Made by a program: the position numbers and the translations under genes. A DNA stretch of 63,168 bases from Sphyrna mokarran. Its lineage: Eukaryota. Below the pieces are notes generated by a model. The model saw only the letters and a program-made list of their open reading frames with translations, ran no database searches and had not been told where the DNA came from. Positions 12,090-24,982 of this stretch are shown here, in pieces. The stretch lies in contig JAGIQG010000173.1 of the NCBI GenBank assembly GCA_024679065.1, positions 1 through 63,168 of the forward strand, written 5' to 3'. Numbering within the stretch: the first letter of the stretch is position 1; every line of letters begins with the position of its first letter.

Positions 12090-12991
12090 CAGCAGGGTTG
12101 GATTCTGATATTATAGTTCCTCTTTATCGCATCCGGGACTGGATTATGTCCATTCTGACAGGGCTCATTCTTTTTCTGATGTAAATAATTTCTGTGACCG
12201 GACTGGAGTTTAATGTTTTATGTGAGAAGCCATACAGCGTTTTGATACTGTTGGGTAAAAGTTTAAAATTTTGAAGTTTATTTACTGTTGATTTCCTCAA
12301 AGATAAGAGACTAATTGAAGTCCTTATTGTGATATCAAGTTGAGGAAAGATACATATGAACAAGTAACCGGGATGTAAAGCAGCATGTGACTGAAGTGTT
12401 CATGGGAGCACTTTGGGAACAATGAGCATAATTCTATCAATTTTAAAATAGTTATGGAAAAGGCTAGGTCTGGTTCCCAAGTTAAAGTTCTAAATTGGGG
12501 CAAGGCCAATTTTGTTGATATTTAACAGGAACTTTCAAAGTTGATTGGGGGAGGCTATTCACAGGTTCAGGATTGTCTGGCATGTGTGAGATTTTCAAAA
12601 GTGAGATAGCGAGAGTTCAGAGCCAGCATATTCCTGTTACAGTTAAGGACAAGCTGGCAGGAATAAGTAACATTGAATGACCAGAGATATTGAGAGTCTG
12701 GTTAATAGAAACAAAGCATACGTCAGGTATTGATAGCTGGTGTCAAGTGAATCTCATGAAGTATATAGGGGAGTGTAGGACTACACTTAAAAGGGGGCAA
12801 AAAAGGGAACATAGCTTTGGCAGATAAGGTAAAAAAAAATCCAAAGAGATTCTATAAGTATATTAACAGGAAAAGCGTAACGAGAGAGAGAATAGACCCC
12901 TTAAAGATCAACAAAATCATCTATGCGTGAAGCCACAAGAGTAAAGTTTTGCAACACCAATTTTAAATCCAACCAATTTATTTGATAGTAA

Positions 12992-13035
12992 ATCCGCGAG
13001 CTTTCGACACTATGTTGTGCCTTCATCAGGCAAAT
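12992..13035 (-). ncRNA. Minimal type I hammerhead ribozyme motif
   Basis: auuugc-CUGAUGA-a-GGCAC(aacaua)GUGUC-GAAA-GCUC-gcggau: stem I 6 bp (2 G-U), stem II 5 bp, palindromic AGCU stem III, CUC cleavage triplet. Confidence 0.8.
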
Positions 13036-13245
13036 GCAGTGTTCTGATCTGCAGAGGCACTCATATCCACACAGTTACAGATTGCTGATTAGAATGCGAA
13101 TCCTTACATCTAACCTGCTATTCAAGTGTTAAAGTGGCTAACAATGTGTGTGAAGGGAATCCTGAGCATTGGTTAGAGAATTGTGTATTTTCTCCAGACA
13201 GCACAGTAAGTGAGGTTTTTTGCTAACCCAGGCAAGTTACGGGGG

Positions 13246-13880
13246 TTACAGATAGTGTGTCATGAAGCCAAGATCCCTGTTCAGACCGTCCTCATGTGTG
13301 CGGAGCTTGGCTATCAGTCTCTGCTCAGCGACTCTGCGCTGTCGTGTATCACGAAAGCCCCCTTGAAGAACATTTACCCGCAGGTCGGAGGCCGAATGCC
13401 CATGACTGCTGAAGTGTTCACCCACAGGAAGGGAACTGTTTTGCCTGGTGATTGTTGAGCGATGCTCATTCATCCGCTGTCGTAGTGTCTGCATGGTCTC
13501 CCCAATGTACCATGCTTCGGGACATCCTTTCTTGCAACGTATTAGGTAGACAACGTTGGCCGAGTTGCAAGAGTATGTACCGTGTACCTGGTGAATGGTA
13601 TCCTCACGTTTGATTATGTCGTCCATGTCTATGATCTGGCATGTCTTGCAGAGGTTGTTGTGGCAGGGTTGTGTGGTATTGTGGTCACCGTTCTCCTGAA
13701 GGTTGGGTAGTTTGCTGCGAACAATGATCTGTTTAAGGTTGTGCGGTTGTCTGAAAGCAAGAAGTGGGGGGGTGGGGATGGCCCTAGCGAGATGTTCATT
13801 GTCATCGATGACATGTTGAAGACTCCGGAGAAGATGTCGTAGCTTCTCCGCTCCGGGGAAGTACTGGACAACAAAGGTAG
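13246..13880 (-). CDS. Penelope-like ORF C-terminus: thumb/linker plus GIY-YIG endonuclease (partial)
   Basis: PCHNNLCKTC linker, VVYLIRCKKGCPEAWYIGETMQTLRQRMNEH (GIY-YIG pattern), EQRLIAKLRTHEDGLNRD; open frame but no RT core. Confidence 0.88.
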
Positions 13881-14564
13881 AGTCGAAAGCTCGCGGATTT
13901 ACTATCAAATAAATTGGTTGGATTTAAAATTGGTGTTGCAAAACTTTACTGAGTTTACCCCAGTCCAACGCCGGCATCTCTACCTCATGAAGCCACAAGA
14001 GACAGGTAAGATCCTAATGGAATCCTACAAATGAGCTCCAGACTTTAAGAAAAATGTGAAATTCTTAGAGAGGGTGCAGAGATTTACAAGAATGGCACCT
14101 CGCAACATTTAAAAAGCACCTGGATCAACACTTGACAAGTCAGAACATTTAAAACTATGGGCCAGGTGCTGGTAAATGGGATTAGGTGGGAGTTCAGGTG
14201 TTTCTGGTATGTAGGGGCAGATTCAAAGGGCTGAAGGGCCTCTTCTGCACTGTACGATTTCATGATGAGGCAATTCAGTTAGTTGGAGAGACTGGAGCAG
14301 CTGAAATTTATCTCCTTATATCAGTCAGACATTTGGGTCTAGAATGGGGCCATTCGGTCCACTGATTCAATGCTGGCCTTTTGCATATCAAACCTTTGCC
14401 CCGTTCTATATATTGACAGATCCATGCTCACTGCTTCCTGCTCTGGACACAGAGAGCTGAAAATCTCCATGCAGGCTGCCAGACAGATATCTGTCTATCT
14501 GACTGGACTGACAATGTATGGAATGGACAGACTGGGGGACAATGTTCTATAATGTTCTCTGTTC

Positions 14565-15040
14565 TATAATGGGTGGGGTGGGGCGGGGCTCCCGGGTCTG
14601 CGCGTGAACCCGGAGACGTCACCGCGGAGCAGAGTGATTGCTATTGGCTGATTCAGGCAGAGCTCTATTGTGCCGTCACAATGACTCAGAGGGGCGTTCC
14701 CAGCACACACTGTCCCATTGGCAGCGATATCACTGGTTACAGAAGCAAAACACTGCGGATTGGACACCAGCTCAGCGCGGCCGGCGGTCAAAACCCCGCC
14801 CACCTCCACGTGGGCTTGGGTTCCGCCCCCTGATTGTCGACAGGCGGCAGATTGACCAATGGCAACGCGTGGAGGACCGGATGGGCGCTGATCCTCCAGC
14901 CAATCAGGGTCCGGGCCTTGTATGAATGGCTCCATGAAGCTTTGTTCATTGTTATTGCTGCTGCTGCTGCTCTCTTTCTGAATGAAGCTTGAGCTTCAGA
15001 CAGACTCAAACTTCCTTCAGTCTCCAACATCTGTGAGTAA
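14565..15040 (+). promoter_or_regulatory. CpG promoter and non-coding first exon of ZNF-3
   Basis: GC boxes, gacgtcac CRE-like site, paired CCAAT boxes; exon ends ...ctccaacatct|gtgagtaaaacac (donor near 15033), as also at 25730. Confidence 0.7.
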
Positions 15041-15084
15041 AACACTTTCTCCCCCTTTCCATTTTCTTTTCTAATTCATAAAAT

Positions 15085-15340
15085 GGAATCCCTACAGTGC
15101 AGAAGGAGGCCATTCGGCTCATCATACTGATCACAATCACATCCAGGCCTTATTCCAGTAACGCTACATATTTAGCTTGCTAATCCATCTGACACTAAGG
15201 GACAATTTAACATGGCCAATCTGCCTTTGGATTGTGGGAGGAAACTGGAGCAGCTGGAAGAAACCCGCGTGGACATGGGGAGAATGTACAAACTTCACGC
15301 AGACAGTCACCCAAGCTGGGTCCCTTGTTTTGTGAGGAGC
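15085..15340 (-). mobile_element. V-SINE in ZNF-3 intron
   Basis: gaatccctacagtgcagaaggaggccattcgg tail and ggagaatgtacaaacttcac domain. Confidence 0.7.
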
Positions 15341-16077
15341 GCTAAATTCTGGACTTCAGTTTTCAACGTCTAGGTCACCACTTGCTGCCAAAATAAAAAT
15401 CCTACTCATATTCTTCATGTATCTGTAACCAGGTAATACAATGTATTGCACACATTATCAGTGCGCTCATTTATGTTCAAATGTAAAACTTTAATGTGGC
15501 TGTCAGCTTGAAGATTTTTAGCTCTCTGTGTACAGGACAGGCAATCAGCAACTTTAGGAGAATTGGGATGGTGAATATTAGATACAGCAGAGTGGGAATG
15601 GAGGGAAAATGTTTGGGATGGAGACTTCCAGCTTTTGGGGAAAGAAAGAGGAAAGAATATTCAATAAAATCTAGAATTGGCTTCTAAATTTCTATTCTGA
15701 ACTGACAGAAATAACTTTTGTCAACTTGTTTTACAGGATATTGAAAGAGGAATTACAGGCTGAAATCTCAAACACTACATCTAGATCTGACAGAATCATA
15801 TTCCCTGGAACATGAGCCTTTGGATCTAGAAAGAGAAATGATTGTCCGGTCTGTTGATTTGAAAAGATTTCAAATTTCGATGTGATTCAGAAGGAACCAA
15901 CACACTGTCACAGTCGAGTGAGAATGTTCCATTGCATTTACTAAAGAGCTTTAACCAGTTACACAGCCTGAATAACTATCTCACCATTCACAGCAGAGAG
16001 AGACTATACATATGTTCTATGTGTGGACGAGGCTACAACTGATTGTCCACCAAGAAAGAGGCAAGGACACCTGCATC

Positions 16078-16743
16078 ATGGAGAAACCATGGAAATGTGC
16101 AGACTGTGGGAAGAGATACAAAGCCCCATCTCTGCTGGAAGCTCATCGGCGTAGCCACACTGGGGAGAGGCCGTTCACCTGCTCTCAGTGTGAGAAGGGA
16201 TTCACTCAGTTATCCAGCCTGCGGACACACGAGCGAGTTCACACTGGGGAGAGGCCGTACATCTGCTCTCAGTGTGGAAAGGGATTCATTTGGCCATCTG
16301 ACCTGCGGACACACCAGCGAGCTCACACAGGGGAGAGGCCATTCACCTGCCCTCAGTGTGGAAAGGAATTCACTTGGTCATCTGACCTGCGGGTACATCA
16401 GCGAGTTCACACTGGGGAGAGACCATTCATCTGCTCCCAGTGTGGGAAGGGATTCACTCGGTCATCTCACCTGCAGTCACACCAGCGAGTTCACACTGGG
16501 GAGAGGCCATACACTTGCTTTCAGTGTGGGAAGGGATTTACTCAGTCATGTGACTTGAAGAGACACCAGCAATTTCATTCTGGCGAGAGACCGTTCACCT
16601 GCTCTCAGTGTGGGAAAGGATTTACTCAGTCATCTGACTTGCAGAGACACCAGCAAGTTCACACTGAGGACAGGCCATTCAGCTTTGGGAATGGATTCAG
16701 AGCTTCATCTCAGCTGTTGAGACACCAGCAAGTTCATGAGTGA
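16078..16743 (+). CDS. ZNF-3: C2H2 zinc-finger protein, 7 intact fingers plus a broken last finger
   Basis: MEKPWKCADC... from ATG 16078 (in-frame upstream ATG at 16012); TGERP linkers; acceptor ttttacag near 15736. Confidence 0.85.
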   Translation: MEKPWKCADCGKRYKAPSLLEAHRRSHTGERPFTCSQCEKGFTQLSSLRTHERVHTGERPYICSQCGKGFIWPSDLRTHQRAHTGERPFTCPQCGKEFTWSSDLRVHQRVHTGERPFICSQCGKGFTRSSHLQSHQRVHTGERPYTCFQCGKGFTQSCDLKRHQQFHSGERPFTCSQCGKGFTQSSDLQRHQQVHTEDRPFSFGNGFRASSQLLRHQQVHE

Positions 16744-18228
16744 TGCCAGAAGTGGGATTCTGCTGTTAATGTTTCTGCTCTCAGTTACATCCAGGACTCT
16801 ATTTTGTTCATTCTCACAGTTGATCAATGGGGAGGATCAGAGGGTTTCTTTCTGCTGGACTGGCTGGTCTCATCACTTTGCCTCCAGTGGGATAATGCTC
16901 TTTGAGTCTTGTTATGAATATCTGGTTTCAAATTTCAGAAGGGTCATAGACTGACAGGGTGTTAGGAAGTTCAGAGATAGTTGGGCAGAAAGGCCTGTTT
17001 CCATAGAGTCCATGACTCTATGGATACGATGAGGATAGAGGAATATGGGCCAAATGCAGGCAATTGTGATTAACTTACTGGTTTTAAAAAAAGAGGGTGG
17101 CATGGACAAGTTTGGCCAAAGGACCTGTTTCTATGCTGTAAAATTCAATGGCTGTAGTCAGCATTTCTGTTTGAAAACTCTCCCAAAATGCCCATCCGAT
17201 TTCCTTTGTAATTGTTTATTGTCTCCACTTCGTAGGCACCTAGTTCCAGGTCATTACTATTTGCTGCATCAAAATATTCTCCTTCATATCTCCCCCGCAT
17301 GTTTGACCCAAAACCTTAAATTTGTGACCACCCTCGTCCTTGTTCCATCAGCTAATGGGAACAGTTTTTTTTTGTCCCGCTTGTCTCAACTTGTCAGAAT
17401 CTTGTCCACCTCTATCAAATCTCCCCTCAACCTCCTTTGCTCCAAGGGAAACAACCTCAGCCTAACATTGTTAATAAAGAATAAACTAACAATAAGTTAA
17501 TACGTGAAATCAAATGGGAATGTTTAATTTCTTTTATAAAAATATTGTGAATATATTGTTCTGGACAATAAAGGAATTGAAAATAACTCACCTTGGGTGT
17601 GGTTGAATAGAATATATCAATCTGGTATCCATCTGTGGTCTAGTGAAATGTGTAGCTGGAAATCCCTCCCTAACAGCACTGTGGATATACTTACACCTCA
17701 GGCATTGTGGCAGTTCAGAAAGGCAGTGTTGGGGTTGACCATGGCCGAGGCAGCTACATACAGCCACATATTCTGTTACAATTGAATGAGTGCAGATTGA
17801 ATGTGAAGCATTATGGGACTGGACTGTCTTGACCACATTCCTGTGACTGCTCAGTTTTTGCAATTACAGACCATTAAAGCTGCTTAGCAGGGCCCTGACA
17901 GAGGACCTGGTGAGAATATTTACTCGGAATGAGTTGGAATTAAACTTATCCTAAGACCGGCTGGTGTTCAGCGGCTGAGACACCTGAATCTGTAAAAAGG
18001 GGGGGTCTGACCAATCTGTCGATGAACATTAAGCAGCACCTTCAGGAGCAATGAGAGGGTGTATAATGAGTACAACAGAGTGGGAAAAGGGGGAGAGAGA
18101 GTGACAGATGGAGATTCACAGCTTTGAAAGAAAGAGTGAGGAAATATTGTCCCATAGAAGCCATAATTTTGTGTTCTGATTTTCCGTCCAGGAATGACAG
18201 TGATGACTGTTGTCAATTTCTTTTACAG

Positions 18229-19125
18229 GATTTCTGGAAGTGAGAATTTTCAGTAAGAAATCTCAAACCAAACTTCACATCAAGGTCTCATAGAGTTACT
18301 CAACTAATCAAGTCCTGATAGTCATTGGCCTTTGAGTCAAGAAGGAGAAATGTTTTTCTCTTGTATCTGCTTCAAAATATTTTGAACATCAGTGTGACTG
18401 GAAAAGCACCAAGACACAAACAAACAATGAGAGAGTACCAGTGGACTGACTATGGAAAGAGCTTTAATCAATTACGCAGCCTGAAACTACATCACAGCAT
18501 TCACAATGAGGAAAAACTGTATGTGTTCTGTTTTTGGACAAGGCTTCAACTGAGGCCATTCACCTGCTCTGACTGTGGGAAAGGATTCACTCATTTAAAC
18601 AACCTACAGATGCACCAGTGAGTTCACAGTGGAGAGAAGCCATTCACCTGCTTGCTGTGTGGGAAGGGTTTCACTCACTCATGGAATCTGTTGACACACC
18701 GGCGACTTCATACTGGAGAGAGACCATTCACCTGCTCTGAGTGTGGGAAGGAATTCAGTAGCTTATGCAGCTTGCAGACACATCAGTGGGCTCACACTGG
18801 GGACAGACCTTTCAACTGCTCTGAGTGTAGCAGAGTTGTCCCACCTGCTGGCACACCAGCAAGTTCACAGTGGAGAGAGGCCATTCACCTACTCTGAATG
18901 TGGGAAGGGATTCATTGAATCAATCATCCTGCAGATGCACCAGCGAGTTCACACTGGAGAGAGGCCGTTCACATGCACTGAATGTGGGAAGGCATTCACT
19001 CAATCATCTAACTTGATGACACATCAACGGGTTCACAGTGGGGAGGGACCATTCATCTGCTCCTTGTGTGGAAAGAGATTCACTCAGTTATCCCACCTGC
19101 AGACACACCAGTGAGTTCTCAATTG
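18229..19125 (+). pseudogene. ZNF-4: C2H2 zinc-finger pseudogene
   Basis: Finger repeats split over three ORFs (18325-18621, 18652-18897, 18743-19114), with CGA>TGA stops at 18619 and 19112 and a frameshifting deletion near 18835. Confidence 0.85.
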
Positions 19126-20034
19126 ATTACAGAGAATGGATTCTGCCATTGTTCCTGCTATTAATCACTTCTAGGACTCAGCCATGTATATTTTGACAGG
19201 TGGCCAAGTGGGAGTATCAGAATGTTTCTTTCTGGTGGACTGGCTGATCTTGGAACTTTGCTTCCAATGGTTTGATATTCTTAGAGTATTGCAAAACGCT
19301 AATTTGATTTTTCATCTGAATCACAGAATGAAAGGGTGTTTGGGAGGTCAAAGACATATAGTTTGCATTTCTATTTGGAACACCCAAAGCATGCCATGTT
19401 GCCATGGAGATGGGCTGTGGTGTTTAAAAGGTTCTTTTGTTTAATTCAGCTTAATTCAGCTTCAGTTCCTCATTAAAGGAAAGTTCAAAGATTTGAGGAG
19501 AAAGTTAGCTTGGGTGGATTGGGAAGCTATGTTAAAAGATATGATAGAGGATAGGCAATACCTAACATTTCAGGAATTAATACATGATTTACAAGTGTGC
19601 TTTCCTTCAAAGACAAAAATCCAGCAGAAGTAGTGATACAACTGTGGCTGTCAAGAGAAGTAAATATTTGCATTAATCAAAGGAAAAGGCTCACAATGTG
19701 ACCAAAAAACAGAAGCCTGAGATTTGGATCTTTTGAGAATTTGGCATAAAGGAATTGATAAAGAAAACAATGAGAATGAACTGGTAAAAAGCATAAAAAC
19801 TGATTGTAAAAACATGCTGCGTGAAAAGAAAGACCAATGTGTTTTCATTACTACAGAATTGATAATAGCGAATGAGGAAATGGCTGAGAAAAGAACAGTC
19901 TATAGGTCGTATGGCCTGAAAATATTAACTGTACTTTTTCCTCAACATACGCTGCCAGATCTGCTGAATTTGTCCAGCATTTCTTATTTATTATTAAACA
20001 AATGTTTAATCTTCATCAAGGATGATATAGAAAG

Positions 20035-20360
20035 TGTGTGTGTGTGCACACACGTGTGCTCTCCAGTCACACTGACATTTAAACTATTTGAAGAAGTTTC
20101 AAATGCAGATGAAATTCAGGTACCAGTAACTGAGTGATGTCAGATTTTGGATGTGATCTTTGTTGGGATTTCACTCTGTAAATCCTCCCCTCCTGATAGA
20201 CTTTGAAAGGTTTGACAAAGACTAGATGTATCCCTGTTGATATAATATTTGTGGCGACCAAATACCTTGAAACAAATAAATAGAAAGAGGTAGAAAATAA
20301 ACATCTGTTTTACTCGTCGATGTTGAAGACAGAAGCAACATTGAGTCTGTCTGCAGCTCA
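20035..20360 (-). pseudogene. Truncated remnant of a minus-strand ZNF gene (first exon plus start of terminal exon, no fingers)
   Basis: Reverse complement shows gcagacagactcaatg...caacatcgacgagtaaaaca (exon-1 module, donor mutated), ggaggatttacagagtgaaatcccaacaaagatcacatc and tcagtgtgactggagagcac (terminal-exon starts of paralogs). Confidence 0.6.
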
Positions 20361-20369
20361 ATCGTCATT

Positions 20370-20920
20370 CACACAAAGCTCGCGCTTTGATTGGCTGGAA
20401 GACTGTCCTTCCGGTCCGCCAGCTCTTCCCATTGGTCAACACATTAGCATGAAGTTGGGGGTGGGCGTACATGCGCAGTCCCGGCCCAGGGGGAGGGGGA
20501 GATCACCGAGCGGCTTCTCGCTCTGCCCGGAGCCGCCAGCCGCTTGTCTGGAAACCTTGGCTCGAGGAGGGGCAGGGGGAGGGGAACAATGGGTGGGGGC
20601 GGAGCTCCCCGAGGGGAACAATGGGTGGGGGCGGGGCTCCCGGAGAGGAACAATGGGTGGGGGCGGGGCTCCCGGAGGAGAACAATAGGTGGGGGCGGGG
20701 CTCCCGGAGGAGAACAATGGGTGGGGGAGGGGCTCTCGGATACACACACCCGGCCCTGCGCACTGGAACCCGAGGACGTCGCCACGAATCAGTCTGATTC
20801 CTATTGGCTCATTCAGGCGGAGCTCTATTTCCATTGTGACGTCACATCCAGGAAGTTGGCCGATGAGCTTCCGAGTGAAACTTCCGCCTCTGTGCAACAT
20901 CTGGGAGGAAATCAATGTTT
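20370..20920. promoter_or_regulatory. Bidirectional-looking CpG promoter upstream of ZNF-5
   Basis: Left-facing CCAAT-pair cassette (20385-20440) and right-facing cassette (gacgtcgcc...ctattggctcattcagg...tgacgtca...aaacttccgcc, 20770-20910). Confidence 0.65.
20580..20738. repeat. About 32-33-bp G-rich minisatellite, about 5 copies
   Basis: Unit gaacaatgggtgggggcggggctcccggagga. Confidence 0.9.
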
Positions 20921-21322
20921 CCCCTTTTCCATTTCTTTCCTAATTCTGGGGGAATTACAGCAACTGAAGGGTAAGGAAGTGAATCCAGGAAGGCTGCAGA
21001 CTCTGGTAAGGAAACAGACGAACATCCGAATTAGGAGCAGGACTAAGTCCAGGTATCTTTTCCTTTTTCTCTCAAAGACATCCTCTAGCTCTTTGTTTGA
21101 TACATTTATTTGCCTGTTAATAGGATGGTCTCCTATCTAATGTTTACAATTAAAACGTTTTCCCAAGAGAGGATGACGTTTAAAGGAAAAGTAAATCAAC
21201 TGAGGACAGAGATAGTGTGGTCATAGGGTATATACACAATCACTTATGATGCTCTAAAGTTCATTATAATTACTTCTTGTCTTGAAATATATAGCAGCAT
21301 TGCTGTTTTATATTTCCAGCCA

Positions 21323-21550
21323 TGATGTAAAGATGCCGGCGTTGGACTGGAGTAGTAAGAACTCAGTAAGAATCTAGCAACACCAATTTTAAATCCAACC
21401 GATTTATTTGATAGTAAATTTGCGAGCTTTCGACACTCTGTGTCTTCGGCATTTGCCTGACGAAGACACAGAGTGTCGAAAGCTTGCAAATTTACTATCA
21501 AATAAATAGGTTGGATTTAAAATTGGTGTTGCTAGATTCTTACTGAGTTC
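21323..21550. mobile_element. Fold-back Penelope-derived mini-element with 13-bp TSD
   Basis: TSD atatttccagcca at 21310-21322 and 21551-21563; near-perfect inverted arms about 21359-21448 and 21461-21550; same terminal sequence and tail as 12942-13987. Confidence 0.9.
21451..21491 (+). ncRNA. Minimal type I hammerhead ribozyme motif
   Basis: auuugc-CUGACGA-a-GACAC(aga)GUGUC-GAAA-GCUU-gcaaau: perfect 6-bp stem I and 5-bp stem II. Confidence 0.8.
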
Positions 21551-22922
21551 ATATTTCCAGCCACAGAGACACTGTGGCACAAAATGAATGTATTTGGCAA
21601 CTTAAATCCAGACCAACTCTGCAGAGAAAGTCAGTCAATTCCATACCCCTCTATATCCACATTTCCCTGAAAGTTTATTTCCTTCAAGTGTTCATCAAAT
21701 TTCATTTTGAAATCTCTGATCATCTCCAGTTATACCACTCTCATCAGAGGAAGTTCCAGGGCCTAAAAAAAAATTGTTCCTCATTAATCCTATCTCTTCA
21801 ATCACATAAGAGTGCTGTACATTACACACATTTATTATCCATTAAGTATGCAAATATATAATAGATAAATGGGCCATTTAGAACATCATATTTGTACCAG
21901 ACCCTCAAAATGAGCATTATGATTGAGTGCTATTGTCCTGTATTTTTTCTCTAGCTGGGAAATACAGAGAATTATAGTAAATTGAATTTGTGCTATGAAT
22001 TCTAAAGGAGAAACTGCTCGTGATTTTGTGAAAGCTGATTTTATTGAAAGTAAGAAGGATCCCACTATTCAACACTATTTGTCTGTCAATCTCTGATTCA
22101 TTTATGTTGCTTCTATTTTGATTTTTACAATGAAACATTTTAAAAGGTGAATTCTCACTCATTTTATCCTTGGAATTGTCTGGAAATAGTGCTTATAATA
22201 TCAGTTGGCTTGGGACGTAACAACAGAGATATACCTAATGTTTAGGTATATTTAGGTGTATCTATATTTCAGTAAAATAATTTATTTATTATTTCCATTC
22301 TTGCAATCTAATACTGCAGGTGTATTATACATTTCCAGTCATAAACTTGACAGTCAGAAGGAACTTGAATCCATGATGACTTTCTGCAGATCAATCCAGT
22401 CAACCCCATTCCACTCTACATCTCCATTAGCGCAACATGTTTATTTCTTTTGTGTGCCGAACCAATCTCATTTTGAAACCATTTGTTTCCTGTTCTATCA
22501 TCTTCATAGACATTGAGTTCCATAGAAACATAGAAAATAGGATTAGGAATAGGCCATTTGCCCCTTCAAGCCTGCTCTTCCATTCATTATGATAATAGCC
22601 CAACCCTCCAGATCCTTTGATAGCTTTCGTCTTTTAACTTTGTGTCTCTCTCTATAGATAAAATAATGTTTGGCAGTTGCTTGAGGAGAAAATGAGGTTT
22701 TTTTTCTGTTCTAAATCAATGTCACACCCTTTTAGGATTTGCAGTTGGTAAACAGAAATCAAACGCAATCTCAGAACTGATTGAGTAATCTGAATATCAT
22801 TGTATTTTGAATATAGAGAAAAAAAGCACAGTGGAGAGAATCTTTACACATGTTCTGTGTGTGGACAAGACTTCACCCAATCATCTGGCCTTTCAGAATA
22901 TAATTGCAGTAACAACAAGGAG

Positions 22923-23507
22923 ATGGCATGGAAATGTGAGGATTGTGGGAAGGGGTTTGATTACCCATCCCACCTGGAAACTCATCGACGCATTCACACT
23001 GGAGAGAGACCGTTCACCTGCTCTCAATGTGGGAAGGGATTCACTACCTCGTCCCATCTACTGAAACACCAGCGAATTCACACAGGGGAGAGACCGTTCA
23101 CATGTTCTGTGTGTGGGAAGGAATTCAATCAGTCATCTAACTTAGCGATACACGAGCGAATTCATACTGAGGAGAGGCCATTCACCTGTTGTCAGTGTGG
23201 GAAGGGATTCACTCAGTCATCCACGCTGCTAAATCACCAACGAGTTCACACTGGGGAGAGGCCATTCACCTGCTCCCAGTGTGGGAAGGGATTCACTACT
23301 TCATCCATGCTGCTGAAGCACCAGCGAATTCACACTGGGGAGAGGCCATTCACCTGCTTCGTGTGTGGAAAGGGATTCATTACCTCATGCACGATGCTAA
23401 ATCACCTGCGAACTCACACTGGGGAGAGGCCATTCACTTGCTCCCAGTGTGGGAAGGAATACATTACTTCATCCAGGCTGCTAAAACACCAGCAAATTCA
23501 CAAGTAA
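22923..23507 (+). CDS. ZNF-5: C2H2 zinc-finger protein, 7 intact fingers
   Basis: Open finger array in ORF 22800-23507; first ATG at 22923 (MAWKCEDC...); true start uncertain. Confidence 0.8.
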   Translation: MAWKCEDCGKGFDYPSHLETHRRIHTGERPFTCSQCGKGFTTSSHLLKHQRIHTGERPFTCSVCGKEFNQSSNLAIHERIHTEERPFTCCQCGKGFTQSSTLLNHQRVHTGERPFTCSQCGKGFTTSSMLLKHQRIHTGERPFTCFVCGKGFITSCTMLNHLRTHTGERPFTCSQCGKEYITSSRLLKHQQIHK

Positions 23508-23859
23508 CTATTGTGATTGGATTTTGTTGTTAATCATATTCAGACTTAACCATGTTTGTTTGTGTCTGTTTCTGCTGAATTGAAAAATAACTCCAGCTCT
23601 GTTATAGATGTCAATATAATTGGCTTAGAAGGGAAGAATTTGGGGTCAGGACATTCACAAAACATTTGATCAGGATTGGATGGAGCCATACAATTTATTG
23701 TAATGGGAACAACAGAGAATTTTAAACATGGAAGGAAACAATATCGTTGACAACCACAGTCACATTAGGGAGCAACCGTGGAAACTGACTTTCAAAAGAA
23801 ATTCTGTTACCCATCAGAGGAATCACAAAAGGCTGTATAGTGTACAGAAAGTAATTTGG

Positions 23860-24475
23860 AATGTTACCATAATGTTATTGTTTATTGTGAGGGGAATTGA
23901 ATACAAAAGACAGATTATGCATCAGCTATACAGAACACTGGATGTTTGGAATATTATTGATGAATCGGTCTCCATATTTAAAGAAGAATGTAAATATGCT
24001 AGAAGCAGTTCAGAGAAGGTCCACAAAACTAATAATGGAAATGAGAGGGTTATCTTATGAGGAAAGATTGAATAGCCTGGGCTTGTATCTGCTGGAGCTT
24101 AAAAGAGTAAGAGGCGACTTGATTAAAATCTTTTTCAGTTCCTAAGGTATTTTCACTGGATAGATTTAGAGAGAATGTTTTCTCATGTGAGCGAATCTAA
24201 TACAGAAATCATTATTAAAAATAAATGTTGCCCAGTTGACACAAAGATGAGCAATAAATGTTTTCTCTCAAATGACAGAGTGTCTTTGGAACTCTCTTCC
24301 TCAAAAGGCACTGGAAGCAGAGACTTTGAATATTTTGAAGGCAGAGCTGGATAGATTCTTCATTAACAGGGAATAAAAGGAATGTGGATTTGAGGTTACA
24401 ATCAGATCAACCAGGGTCTTATTGAGTGGTGGAGCAGGCTAGAGGAGCTAAGTAGCCTACTCTTGCTGTTACTTT
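23860..24475 (+). mobile_element. Degenerate CR1 3' fragment
   Basis: LEAVQRRSTKLI..RGLSYEERLNSLGLYLLE..RGDLIK motif. Confidence 0.75.
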
Positions 24476-24982
24476 ATGTCTTATTTGTGTGTACAGTTAT
24501 TACTGAATTGCTGTTAATAAACAACAGCATAGTTATAAATGCTAATATTAAGTCAAATAAAGCAACTGTGTTAGGCATAAAAAATGTTGAACTTTTTTAA
24601 TATCTCAAACACAAAAGTCTCTCTTCCTCCTGTCTTCTTCATCTTTACCTCCAACAATAAGTGTGAGGAGCTCATGGAGCTTCTTTGTTATTAAGATTGA
24701 GACAATTTGATCGCTGTCTCCACTGCTCCCCTCCCAACCTTCCACTAGCCCATCAAGCTAAACTGTCTCCAATGACCCTCCCTTGCTGTAACCCTGAATT
24801 TGATTCTTTGTTTTGATTCTCTCCTATTGCTCTTTGTATCCTCTGAGTTTATCTTTTCCAGCAATCCCACCTCCTCCCTCAACCTTACTCCCACTACACT
24901 GCTCATTACCCAATTTCACCATGTTTACTGATATTGTTTATGGCTGTTTCCCTTCAGGTACTGTTCCTGTGTCCTTCACACC

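Larger units (their letters stand above)
12942..13987 (-). mobile_element. 5'-truncated Penelope-like retroelement with inverted terminal repeat and 14-bp target-site duplication
   Basis: TSD tgaagccacaagag at 12928-12941 and 13988-14001; 12942-13008 is the inverted copy of 13882-13948; extra tail at 13949-13987; contains a GIY-YIG ORF. Confidence 0.92.
12380..14270 (+). mobile_element. Old CR1 ORF2 fragments, interrupted by the Penelope insertion
   Basis: ctaaattggggcaaggccaatttt and aatccaaagagattctataagtatatt motifs; sequence resumes after the target duplication at 14001. Confidence 0.6.

Noticed and set aside
14935-14985. Signal-peptide-like MKLCSLLLLLLLLSF in the ZNF-3 first exon
   Set aside because: Stops after 15 codons; produced by a short (gct)n repeat and absent from paralogous exons.
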